This document shows, piece by piece, positions 49,498 through 61,190 of a stretch of 64,000 nucleotides of DNA. The notes below the pieces were generated by a model. That model had not been told where the DNA came from, ran no database searches, and saw only the letters and a program-made list of their open reading frames with translations. Within the stretch, counting starts at the first letter, position 1. The number at the start of each line of letters is the position of its first letter. The DNA comes from Isurus oxyrinchus (taxonomy: Eukaryota): NCBI GenBank assembly GCA_026770705.1, contig JANJGN010000026.1, forward strand, positions 35,092,001-35,156,000, in the 5' to 3' direction. A program made the position numbers and the translations under genes.

Positions 49498-51289
49498 AGA
49501 TATGATACCCTTTGACCCTGCCAATGTCAAGGTATCATGAAAAGATATCCCTTACTGCCAGTATCCAAGACATTCTCGACTGCCTTCCCTCCAGTTCGAA
49601 ACCGACTCTCGGATCTCTTTCAAATTCATCTGCAGTTATTATCTCAACACCAGCAGGTCTGCATGTTTTCCATTCTACCTTCTTACTGTTCAATTATTAA
49701 GGCAATTTTACATTTTGTTCCAGCCATATCAATTGTTTGTTTCCTACCCCCACCCCCCCACCCCCACCCCCACCAGCATCCCCCACCCCCGCCTCTCTCG
49801 GCTGGGTAGATCCATTCATCGGCAGCAATAACACTGGTGTCTCCCTTGAATTCGGTAGTCCTGAGTGCCTTAAAAGATTAACTTTCTGACTGACTGCTCA
49901 GACCAGTCACCTTCCTCTAAAAAGTTAGGCGTGGATCCACTTTGTCTGCCCAGATTTCAACACAGAGGCGCAGTGGGTGAAGGCTGATTTCGGGCAGATC
50001 ACAAGGACCTGACTACCCCACCAAACTAAATTGTCACCAATCGCTTTTGACTTTGCAAACTGCAACCAGCCCAAATATCGGACGTGTCGGAGAGAAACAT
50101 GTCAGCCACCTGGTTAGATGCCGGAGAATAAATAGATAGGAGGCTGCCACATTAGCCGATCTCTGCAAAATAAAAACATCAAAAAGTGAATTGATCAATG
50201 ATAATAAAAAAGATTTTCCAGACAACTGATCTTGCTGGAATTTCGGGAACGATTTGCAGGGCGACGGGGGAAAGGCAGTGATTCTGGCTTAGCTGCTCTC
50301 ACAGAGGGTCGGCACGGATAAGATGGGACGAATGGTCTTCCTTTCCATCATTTTATGATTCTTACCACGATCTTGAAGTATGACGTATCCAATTGGGACA
50401 TTCACTTGTTATCTTTATGTGACTAATCTGGCTTAAAATGACTGGGTTGGCAAATGAAGCCATTGAAAATTTTGCATGTTTACCTTGCATTAAGACAGGT
50501 CCATGGTGGGGGCCGGATACCCCGAGTTGAATTCTCAATGTATTTTCAAAGTACATCAATCACAGTCAGCAGTCTATCTCTGTTTCTACTTCAACAGCAG
50601 CTCTTCCTGAATGATCCTTGGAAAGTCATATCGACGGATTAAAATCTGACACTATTCACTGGGCAAGGCAAGTGGGTGAAAGGTGTGGAAGATGGTGAAA
50701 AGAATGTTAAAATATGAAGGAAAGATACAACTGAGTTCGGATTTCTGAAGAGGAGGAAATGGATATTTAAAAAAAAGGATGAATACAACCTGAGATGATA
50801 TTCCTGAAGACGGAGAAAGGGATATGAAAATATGAAGGAAAGATGTGATGAGATGTGATTTCTGAAGCCATTCACTATATCGAGGGTGGGGATCGATGAT
50901 AAAGGAGTGAAGGACAATTCAAATCCCTTTTATTTTGCTTCTCTCTGCACCACATCTTTTTCTAACCTAATTGAGAATTGTAAGGACAGTTTTTCATGCA
51001 CTGTGTGTGTTACGTTCTTGTTAATGAGTATTCCCCCTGCACCTCACCCTGGGAGCTTTGACCCGCCTGGAGCTTTCTGTCCTCTGTAACTGGCTGCGCA
51101 GAGTCGATGTGACACAATCTCTTTTCTCTCTATTTGCAAACCCGAAGTCTGAAAGTTATGGCTGTTTAAATATATCCTTACTTGCGCAAAGATGGGCAGA
51201 ATCCACCACTGAGTTTCAAACAAAATTTTAAATAAACTACAGCAGGGGTCAGTGCTCGAAATGTTGTTTAAATTAGAGGTAGAGCTGTT

Positions 51290-51620
51290 TTTTTTATTTA
51301 TTCACGGGATGTGGGCTTCGCTGGCTGGGTCAGCATTTATTATCCACCCCTAGTTGCCCTTGAGAAGGTAGTGCTAAGTTGCCTTCTTGAACTGCTGCAG
51401 TCCACGTGGTGTAGGCACACCCACAGTGCTGTTAGGAAGGATTTCCAGAATTTTGACCCAGCGACAGGTGAAGGAACGGCGATATATTTCCAATTCTGGA
51501 TGGTAAGTGACTGGGAGGGGAACTTCCAGGTGGTGGTGTTCCCATGTATTTGATGTCCTAGTCCTTCTAGATGGTAGTGGTCGTGGGTTTGGAAGTTGCT
51601 ATCGAAAGAGCCTTGGTGAA
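51290..51620 (-). mobile_element. CR1 LINE 3' tail
   Basis: Reverse complement matches the 3' end of the 1-740 family; similar fragment at about 12900-13210. Confidence 0.75.
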
Positions 51621-51850
51621 TTCCTCTAGATTTGTATCTCTAGGTTTGTTCAATTACTTGTTCAGTAACAATAAATGTCACCCTTATAATATCACGGATC
51701 TCAAAAGCGCTGAGGCAAAACACAGAATCGTCCTTAGCTCAGTAGTTAACTGATGCTTGAGGGAAATCTCAGCGGAGTCACTGTTCTGACTGTCCTTCTG
51801 GTCAGGTCAGCTTTCTGTTTCCTGGTTACAATAATAAGCCACGGTTCGCC

Positions 51851-52220
51851 GGTATCTAAAGCTGAACCTATCCCCCAAAAGGACACTAAATATCACCCAG
51901 CTCTGGGTATTTAAATTCACAGGCACGCAGAACACCACCCTCGGTCTCTAAAGCTGAGCCATTCCCCCTATAAACACACGGACCGTGGTCCACCTCAGGG
52001 TGTTTACATTCACTGACAGCCAGAGCATCGCCCTTGGTCTCTAAAGCTGAATCATTCCCCCTATAGGGGCCCTGACCGTATTCAAGCTCTGGGTGTTTAT
52101 ATTCTCTGACAGCCAGAACACCACCCTCGGTCCCTAAAGCTGAGCCATTCCCCCCATAAAGACACTTACCATAGACCAGGTCGGTGTCTTTACATTCAGT
52201 GAGGACCAACTCGCCACCTA
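51851..52220. repeat. 93-bp minisatellite, 4 diverged copies
   Basis: Units begin GGT.TCTAAAGCTGA at 51851, 51943, 52036 and 52129. Confidence 0.85.
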
Positions 52221-52358
52221 CCACTCTCACAGAACGACTGTGGACCGAAGGAAGTGAGATGAGAACATCCTGAGACACGAAAGCAGTTTATTGAGGTTTG
52301 GGTTTAAAACGCCTGTCGTCAAATATCCAACTCCCCTTTCACAGAGTGGACAGCGACA

Positions 52359-52852
52359 ATGCGGCTGCTCAGCACCTGGGTTGTGTGGGGAACATTTCTG
52401 ACAGGTATTTGTGGAAGACACATATTTCGTCTCTATTTTTCTAATTTCCCACACACCTTTTAAATGGTCTGATTTTTGTTTTCTGTTTCAGTATGTTGTT
52501 CAGATCAAATTCATGGAAATTCTGTACGAGCCGCTGTCCTCAGGTGCCAGGGCAGAAGGAGAAGCGGTGACTTGAACCTGCAGCTATCCTACGACACAAA
52601 GCAGCTATTCACTATACTGGTACAGGCAACATCTAGGCGCCCAGCTCCAGTTTTTATTGCTGAAATCTACGAACTGTGAATCTCTTAAGAAAAAACAGAT
52701 TTTGCCCAAATCCGTGTCTCAGTGAAACTCCAGACCTCCGCGAAATTCACTAGTTTAACCATCTCGGCTCTGCAGCTGCCTGACGCTGCCTTGTATTGCT
52801 GCTCTCTCAGACTCATAGCGAAGAAAAACAGTCTCACACCTGTGTATAAAAC
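52359..52852 (+). pseudogene. TCR alpha V pseudogene with decayed RSS
   Basis: Leader 52359-52404; exon from 52504 reads AEGEAVT*TCSYPTTQSSYSLYWYRQHLGAQLQFLL...LQLPDAALYCCSLR with frameshifts; CATAGCG at 52814. Confidence 0.9.
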
Positions 52853-52867
52853 TCTCTTTGAATTGTG

Positions 52868-53822
52868 ACTCAGAGCTCCTGTCTATTTGGGTTTATGTGT
52901 AGAATCTCGGGCAGATGCAACCACAATGTTCAGCGATGCTGTCAGCCGCTCAAGCACACATCGAAAGGAAACCACATTCACCTCGCATCAAACTGTCACC
53001 CAACAGTTTCCAGCAGTGACCGAGAGAACAAACTGCAGATTGAGGATTTCTGCTGAGTAACAGAATCTCCATCGCTCAGATCTGGAACACACGGTTAAAG
53101 GAAGCAGAATTTAGCGATTAAAAACTCAACTGAAATGAACTAACAGTGAAATTTCGCAAACAATGCTACATAAAATGTTATACAATCTACAACACCGAAA
53201 ATTACACCTTACTCAATATTTCGATGTTTACACTTCCAACGACCCTATCCCTCTTTATCTCACTCACTCAGCATATCCTCCTATTCCATTCACCTTCCTT
53301 GTCCCTTTAAATGCATCAGTTCGCCTTATCCCCTGCTGGTGATAGTGATTTACATATTCCATCCCATCTCTGGATAAATAAATTTCTCATGAGCTCCATG
53401 TCGGATCTTTTAATCATTCATAAATATATCCCACAGTTTTGAATTAAGTACAAGTGGAAACATTTCCATGTCTGCCCCTTCATCATCATTAAAAGAATTC
53501 TGTTTGGTTACCCGTCTTTCTTCTCTTTACCATAGGAAAGAAGGCCAGTCTGTGCAGCGTTTTCTTCACCTCTCAAATCTGGCATCATCGCTGTAATGCC
53601 TTGTTGCATTGTGTCTATGCCGCTTTATATTCCTCTTGTAAGGAAGAGGCCAGAATTGCTCACAATAGGTCATGTGTGCTCTAACCAAGACCTGCTGCAT
53701 TTTTAACATGAACAGTCTTATTTTTAAATTCATTCCTCAGAAAATTAAGCCCTTTTAAAGGTGCTAAACTTCTTACAGATAGTGAATGTCAACCAGGTGA
53801 CAGCGAGAACGAAGACCCACAT
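52868..53822 (-). pseudogene. Chimeric V pseudogene
   Basis: Leader 53777-53822 and exon start LSDGDSVTQQKSS (paralog of 37347-38387) fused at about 53039 to the 3' relic of another family (LQFVLS...TASLNIVVASARDS). Confidence 0.75.
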
Positions 53823-54584
53823 TGCTGCTGCTCCTGGAATTCAAGGGAGTTTTTGTCTCTCAGAATCCTGCAGAGTATGGAACCAGAATAATCTGACAGC
53901 ATTGGCTGAGACTGGTCTGGTGTCACGTCCTGCAGAACATACGATGATGAAGATGAGATCACTGGATCTGATTGGCCTGATGTCATTTCGGTAACCACAT
54001 TGGGAAAGTTCTTATTACAGAGAACTGAGGCATTAACGTCGCATTCGGCTGATCAGAGAGAAAGATGGATAAGTATACACAGCTTGATCTCTAATTGATC
54101 TGAGAGATAGTGTGAACTTCAATGAGCTGGTATGCAGGTCTTCTCAAAGAAAGAAATACAGGGTGTGAACGTCGATGGAGATTTTCAGTTATTTCACTCG
54201 TTATCACAACTTAGATTGAGCTTGTTGACTGTGATGAAGTCGGATTTGATCGACATTCTACTGTGTTCACACAACGTGTAGATCTTAACTTGTAATTCTG
54301 TGTTAGTGGCACACTGAAGAGAGGGTGAAAATTCCCGGACAATGAATAGGATAAACTTCCTATGTATCAGACATTATCGGGCCAGGTTACCAAAAAAAAC
54401 CTGCACAAGGTTTCTCCTGCTGAATTAATAGAGTGAATAAATGCTTATCCGACTCACCTACTCAGAGTTTATGGGAGTTGTCTTGAGGCCACATTGTCTG
54501 TTGGCTTTACTTGGAGAAAAACTTGCATTCCCTATATATCACCAAACAGTCTGCTACTCAATTCACTTAGAAATATTGCGGCAG

Positions 54585-54623
54585 TGTTTTTGTAGGAGTC
54601 TTCCCCTGGTTCCTGTCACTGTG
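54585..54623 (-). other. 23-RSS
   Basis: CACAGTG-23 bp-ACAAAAACA. Confidence 0.95.
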
Positions 54624-55126
54624 TCTCTCAGCCCGCAGTAATACACCGCGCTGTCAGACAGCCGCAGGTCACGGATGGTGAAATTCCCCTCACTTTTGGA
54701 AGTGTCGAGAGATGCAGAAAATCGAGCCCCCACGCCCTCTGCTCTGAAAATATTTCCGTATTTCCGGATGTAGATCAAGAATGTAGGGGCCTTACCCCGG
54801 TCATGACGGTACAGCTGTAAGTAAGGTGCATCAGCAGTGGTCGAATAGCTGTAATGAATGGTCACCGAGTCTCCCTCAAATTGCATCGCTGTATCTGGTT
54901 CCTGTGAGACCGAGCCTGCACCACTAACACCTGCAGCAATTAAAAATAAAGAGCTTTAAGGTTTTATTACTTCAGCCCAGTTTATCATGTTGAGTGAGGG
55001 ATTCTGAATAGAAATAAAACTGAATTGAAACAATGATACCTGCAATAGGAAGATTGTGTAACGTGCGGACTTACCGGGTAAGAGAGCTGCAGCTGTGAGA
55101 AAAGAATAGTAGGTAAAACCCAACAT
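54624..55126 (-). CDS. Intact TCR alpha/delta V segment with non-canonical core (Tyr23, Leu41, Cys104)
   Basis: Leader 55075-55126, exon 54624-54930: MLGFTYYSFLTAAALLPGVSGAGSVSQEPDTAMQFEGDSVTIHYSYSTTADAPYLQLYRHDRGKAPTFLIYIRKYGNIFRAEGVGARFSASLDTSKSEGNFTIRDLRLSDSAVYYCGLR. Confidence 0.92.
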
Positions 55127-55678
55127 ATTTCCAGCGAGCTGATGGCGGATTGAAACAGAACGGGTTGAATCTGTCAATGCTTCAGTGAAGGGTTGGGAAA
55201 TTTTCATTTATATCCAGTCTCTTCAGCCATTGGTTAATTCCTGAAAGTCTCCACAAGTGACGTCCAATCAGCCTCACGATATATTGTTCTCCAACGGATT
55301 GCGTCAGCAAATAATGATGCAGCAAATCAGCGAAGCCGTTTTCGCCTCCAAGGGGGCTGAACCAAGGATTCAACTGAATGTTGGGTCTCTAGCAGAGTCA
55401 GTGTGTGACGTGGTGACAGTGAGGGAGAATAGTTAATGATGTCCTTAATGTTGTCCACCAATGCCGGAGGCTCGTATTAAAAGAGTTGCTCACTGACCGT
55501 AGGAACCGCGCACATCTGATATTAAGAGGAATACTAAACAGAATGACAATAATAGAGTCTGCAACAGAGACATGTGCCATTTCGCCAAACTAGTCTTTAG
55601 TTTGGTTTCTGTTCAGCTACCAGCTAACAATTCAGTTCCCAAAATTGATTCAGTGAGAGGAAGTGAGAGTCCTTTGCC

Positions 55679-56144
55679 GGTTTTTGTTCGGCCTGACAGC
55701 GCCTCTGTAACAGTGAGGCTCAGTGCACGGTAATGCACGGCAGTCAGGGACTAGGGATCAGGGAACTGTTGAGAGAGCATGTTTTTTTTTACTTTATCCA
55801 AAACAGCGGAGAACCAGTCGAGGAAATCTAGAGCCTTCACCCCCTGACCCTTGCCGATCTCTTCAGTAAACATCGCGGATCTCCCCAGGGATATTGAATG
55901 TACCAGTAGAGATAGGAATAGCTACAGGACGTGGAGTACCTGAACTTAATATCAGAGTCTGTCCTTCTTGAACCGTTAGTTTAGGCGGTTCCTTAGGCAT
56001 TAAATCTCGGTCACTCGTTCCTGTAACAAAAAGTGTCAGAATTCTGCGAGTAAATATAACCATTGGAACACAAACTTGTCGTTTAAACATAGACTCACCA
56101 GGCAGCACGACTATTCTTAAAAGCAGGAAATATGGTTTAAGCAA
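55679..56144 (-). pseudogene. TCR V pseudogene with RSS (paralog of 23446)
   Basis: Exon 55718-56020 reads GTSDRDLMPKEPPKLTVQEGQTLIL / YLYWYIQYP with frameshifts; RSS CTCACTG-23-ACAAAAACC; leader lacks ATG. Confidence 0.85.
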
Positions 56145-56525
56145 TGCTAGAGAATAACAGATTGTTCAGTATGTTGACTCTTCCGACCTGATATCAAAGA
56201 GTAAATTCAGAGAAGGTGTTTATTCCACTCATTCTGAGAATGCGGGGCTTTTCTCTTTCATAGGATTGGCTAGTCTCTTAGAGCTGCCTACAAATGAATG
56301 TCAACCGCTGCTAGTTGCTGGCCAATTATTGCTGCCTCTAGTCCAACCATTTTCTTGTCTAGCTGTGTGAGTGAGACTCTCTGACTGCCCGTTTGACTCT
56401 CCCTCTGTCTGTCTCTATCGATGGCTCGACATCAGTCCATCTCTTTAACTTTGCCTCTGTCTTTCTTTGACTTTATACTTGCAGCTCTCTCTCTCTCCCT
56501 TCCTTCCGCTCTACACGCCACCCCC

Positions 56526-56556
<31 letters not shown>

Positions 56557-56999
56557 CTGGTCTCTCTCTTTGTCTCTGACACGGGCTTTCTGTTTATCTC
56601 TACCGGTCTCCCGTTTTCTCTCACTCCCTGTCTCTGTGTTTCTGGTGTGCTGTCACTCACTTTGTCTCACCAGGTTCCTTTCTCTCTCCTTCTCTCACGG
56701 TATATTTCTTCCAATGTTTCTCCTTTCATCTCCGCCTCACTCAATCTTTAAAACATCGACTGAATTCTTTACATCTCATCCAAAAATTCACTCGTACAGA
56801 AATTGACTGTGACATTCATTCAGAAATCTGCAGGTCTCTGCTAACACTGTGGCTTGAAATATCCCAATTTGACCCTTACGTAAAATGATTGAGAAATTTC
56901 ATTTTTCCTGAGACTGAAAGCAGTGATTACAGATGGAGAACCCCGATCGGGTCAGGATGTATTTCCCCTTTTACTTTCTATGTAAATTCCCGGGCACTC

Positions 57000-57210
57000 T
57001 TTTGATCCCACTCCTGGTTTTGGCTGGGACACTGAATCCCCGTTACTGATCTCTGATAATAAACAGGCAGCACACGCTGGGTTTGGCGAAACAACACCCG
57101 GGGTGGAATTGGGAAATTTTAGAACGATGGGAGGATATTGTAGGAAGGTCCCAATATCACTGACCGGTGATGAGGAATTTGATTGAAGCCAGGCAAAGTT
57201 TCACCTCCAT
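57000..57210 (-). pseudogene. Leader plus truncated V 5' fragment
   Basis: Leader MEVKLCLASIKFLIT (57165-57210); exon from 57052 EISNGDSVSQPKPGV, then non-V sequence. Confidence 0.75.
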
Positions 57211-57382
57211 TGTTCCAGTCTGCACTCGAGAATCAAAACTTTTGATCGCTAGGGAATAGAAACTAAAACGTCGTGGAGATCCGAGCGGGTCAGCTGGGAT
57301 GTCTGCCCCATTTGTATTTCTCTGAACAAGCACTTCCTGCAGCTGGGGTTCATGATCACCATCATTAACAAGTGATCAGAGA

Positions 57383-57396
57383 GCGCCCTCTGGTGG
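57383..57396 (-). promoter_or_regulatory. CTCF-type motif
   Basis: CCACCAGAGGGCGC, consensus match. Confidence 0.72.
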
Positions 57397-57597
57397 ACAA
57401 CACAAACCTCACCTGGAAATCTGCCCAGATGCAGACAGATAAACAGACATTTGCAGACAAGTGTACACAAGCAGATAGCCACATTCGATCACCACACAAG
57501 AGGTTGTCATTTTTCTATTTTAGTCAAATTGCAGAAACCACTGAAGCGCAATTTGATTCACATCATCACTAGAGACCCATTCGTCATTTTTGATCCA

Positions 57598-58836
57598 CTG
57601 TAATCCAGAGACCCAGAGTAATGCCTTGGGTTCGAATCCCGCCACGGCAGGTGTTGGAATTTTAATGCAATAAAAATCTGGAATTAAAAGTCTGATGATG
57701 GCAATGAATCACTTGTTGATTGTTGTAATAACCCATCTGGTCCACTAAAGCCTTTTAGGTAAGGAAATTTGTCGTTCTTACCTGGTCTGGCCTACATGTG
57801 ATTCCAGACCCACAGCCATGTGGTTGACTCAAATGCCCCCTGAGATGGCCGAGCAAGCCATTTAGTTATGAACAAGGTCACAAAGTCACAATAAAAGGAA
57901 TGAAACCAGACGAACCTCCCAGCATCGACTTAAACACCGGAAACAACAACATAAACTCGGTCCTGTCAACCCTGCAAAATCCTCCTTATTGATATATCGG
58001 GTCCGTGCCAAAATTGGGAGAGCTGTCTCAAGGTCTCGTCAAGCATCACCTGACATAGGCTGATCATCCGCACCGAATCATACCTTGCAGATAATGTCCC
58101 AGACACCAAAATTACTGGCAGGGAAGGCCCAGCAGAGGTGGGGGCACAGTTGTATACAGTCGAGAGTTACCCTGGGAACCCTTAGCATTGACTCCGGGAC
58201 ACATGAAGTCTCGTGGCATCAGTTTAATCATGGGCCAAGGAAACATCCTGTTGATTACCATGTATCACTCTCCCTCAGCTGATGAATCAGTGCTCCTCCA
58301 TGTTGAACACCACTTGGAGGAAGCACCGGAGGGTGGCAAGGGCACAGAATGTACTCTGGGTGAAGTACTTCAATGTCCATCACCAAGAATGGCTCGGTAG
58401 CACTACTACTGAATGCGCTGGACGAGTCCTAAATGATGTAGCATCTAGACTGGGTCTGCGGCAGGTGGTGAGGGAACCAACAGGAGGGAAAAACTTTCTT
58501 GACCTCATCCTCACCAATCTGCCTGCTGCAGATGCATGTGTCCATGACAGTATTGGTAAGAGTGACCACCTCACAGTCATTGTGGAGACGAAGTCCCGCC
58601 TTTACATTGAGGATACCATCCATCGTGTTGTGTAACACTACCACCGTGAACAGATCTTGCAACTCAAGACAGAGCATCCATGAGGCTAAGTGGGCTATCA
58701 GCTGGAGCAGAATTGTACTTAAAAACAATTTGTAACCCCACGGCCCCGTATATCCCCCAATCTACCAGTATCATCAAGCCAGGGATCAACCCTGGTTCAA
58801 TGAAGAGGGAGGACATACCAGGAGCAGCACCAGGCT
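57598..58836 (+). mobile_element. tRNA-SINE-like head continuous with a CR1 APE endonuclease region
   Basis: B-box GGTTCGAATCC at 57629; FNVHHQEWLGS...REPTGGKNFLDLILTN...IGKSDHLTV endonuclease motifs. Confidence 0.8.
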
Positions 58837-58953
58837 GCCCTATGTAGATAGATAGATAGATAGATAGATCAGTTTATATTGCCTAAATCCACGGGCACTT
58901 TATTTAATTCTGCTTCCAATATCATTAAGTTGATTTTATTGTTGTTTTGGCAG

Positions 58954-59190
58954 TTGCTCTTTGTCACTCGGATATATTTCAGATATCGATATATCGGAGG
59001 GCTTTCAGGCCAGAAATTTGGTTTCCTGTACTGACCATTCCTCAGTCAAGCTCCCGAGTGTCTTACCTTCACATATAGAGACAAAAGAATTGAGGGAAGA
59101 TTTAAAGTATCTGAGGACCGTGAGAAAGTCTCCACCACTCTCACTGTTAACACGGTTCAGCTGTCAGACTCTGTGGTGCATTACACTGCA
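58954..59190 (+). pseudogene. TCR V pseudogene of the family lacking both cysteines
   Basis: FLY*PFLSQAPECL...RIEGRFKVSEDREKVSTTLTVNTVQLSDSVVHYTA; FR1/CDR1 deletion; RSS position occupied by (CA)n. Confidence 0.85.
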
Positions 59191-59192
59191 CA

Positions 59193-59248
<56 letters not shown>

Positions 59249-59268
59249 CACACTCACATACACACACA
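59189..59268. repeat. (CA)n microsatellite at the RSS position
   Basis: Begins at the last V codon. Confidence 0.9.
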
Positions 59269-60132
59269 AATAGCAAAACATCCATCGCCCTTCATTCATG
59301 GACCTGTTCAACTGTGATTTGTGTCCGCCTTTGATGATTAGGGAAGTAGGAAGACTGATCCGTATTTACGAAATTTCAATCCAACCTTATAATAGTGGAA
59401 TTATTAACATCAATGGAAATGAGCATGTACTGTGTCAAGCAATTGGACACACAAGAAGACTGAACCAAATAATCTCACAATTTCTGCTAAAGACCAACGG
59501 CTGAAAATGGAAAATAATAAACAGGCAAGTTATGCTAGTAATAAAATAAAAGTAACAGCATTCATAATATTCTTGCGTAGTAATACTTCAGCAAAATCAT
59601 GTAGCAATATTCGAGTAGAAATTAAGAATCATTGTTTTCCGTAGGTTACCACTGGATGTCGCTACAGCACTTCAGCTTTGACTAAACCTTGCAGAACTGT
59701 CAGTTTGCTGGTGTCACAGCTCACAGATGGAGATTACAGGAAACAACCTTGTTCCGTGACACTTCACTTCATAAAATTCAGGGCAAGAGTTTGTACATAA
59801 GTTGCAGGTGTTGTGGCTAAGATGAAATAGGCAATGAACTTTGGCCCAATGGCACCGGGTAGTCAGAAGAAAAAGGCGAGCAATTTCTTAATCTAAATTG
59901 TTGAAATATGTTGATCATTTTGTGGCATAATGAATTGTTATTATTGACCACAAATCTATTATTGATCACAAGTGATTGTACATTGCCGCCTTCTTCTGTT
60001 TAAATAACATTTCCTGCATTACAATATCAAATGTATTTGAGATTTTCTTGAGACTTAGCGCTTTCTGAGATCCGGAGGACTTAATGTTTGGGTGAAAAAT
60101 TGGGGTGAATCTTTTAACAATCTCCGAGTGTG

Positions 60133-60288
60133 NNNNNNNNNNNNNNNNNNNNNNNNNNNNNNNNNNNNNNNNNNNNNNNNNNNNNNNNNNNNNNNNNNNN
60201 NNNNNNNNNNNNNNNNNNNNNNNNNNNNNNNNNNNNNNNNNNNNNNNNNNNNNNNNNNNNNNNNNNNNNNNNNNNNNNNNNNNNNNNN
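60133..60288. other. Assembly gap
   Basis: Run of N. Confidence 1.
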
Positions 60289-60809
60289 ATGTGTTCCATT
60301 ACGCATGTTTGATTATTTTGTATGTAGAGTACATGTGTGTACAGAGTACGAAACACATCATCCTGAATGTTTGCAAAAGCATGTAACTTGTAGTATCACA
60401 GTGGGCCCTGCCTTATTTCATACTATGCATGGCAATGCCTTGGTTTACCATTCACACAATCCGTTTTCAATTATTATTGTACTTGAGTGTGTCTCTGTTT
60501 ATATAATGCAAGTCCCTTTCTCAGTTTTCAGTGCATGATGTCCACTTTTATATTTGATTAGTTCCTATCTCTGTTATTGACTTATCAGATCTTGTCCCTA
60601 TTACATTAAACCACATCAGCTTTGATGAGATTAGATCTTATCCTGTCATTATGTCAGGACATATTTGGCTCATTTAATGTTGCGCTGGACAACTTTTTAG
60701 TTTCTATTACACTAGGTCTCTCCATGTCGCTGCTTACATTACACTAGACCTTGTCATTGTCATTCTGTGTTTCAAACCTCCCAAAGCCATCCATACTCAC
60801 TCGCCAAGC

Positions 60810-61190
60810 ATATGAAAATACGACCATGGGACTTAGGAGCAGGAGTAGGCCATTCAGCCCTTGGAGATTAATCCACAATTCCATCCATTCCATAGCTGAT
60901 CTGTTTGTGGCCTCAAAATCACTTTCCCATCTGTCCCTTTAGACATTAGTCTATCAAAAATCCGTCTAACCCATGGCATTAGCAGAACATAACTCCCCCT
61001 TGAATACATTAATCGCTCAGCCTCCACAGCTTTCTTGAGAGGAGAATTTGACATATTAACGACCCTCTGAGAGAAGAACAAATCTCTTCATCTTAGTCTT
61101 AAAGGTAAGCCTTTTATTCCTAAACTCTTCCCCCTAGTTCTGGTCATTCCTACAAGTGTAAACATCCTCCCAGTATCCACCATGTAAAGG
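60810..61190 (-). mobile_element. CR1 LINE 3' tail
   Basis: FFSQRVVNMSNSPLKKAVEA resembles the CR1 FFSQRVVNLWNSLP motif. Confidence 0.75.

Noticed and set aside
57598-57650. tRNA gene
   Set aside because: B-box only, no cloverleaf; part of a SINE/LINE head.
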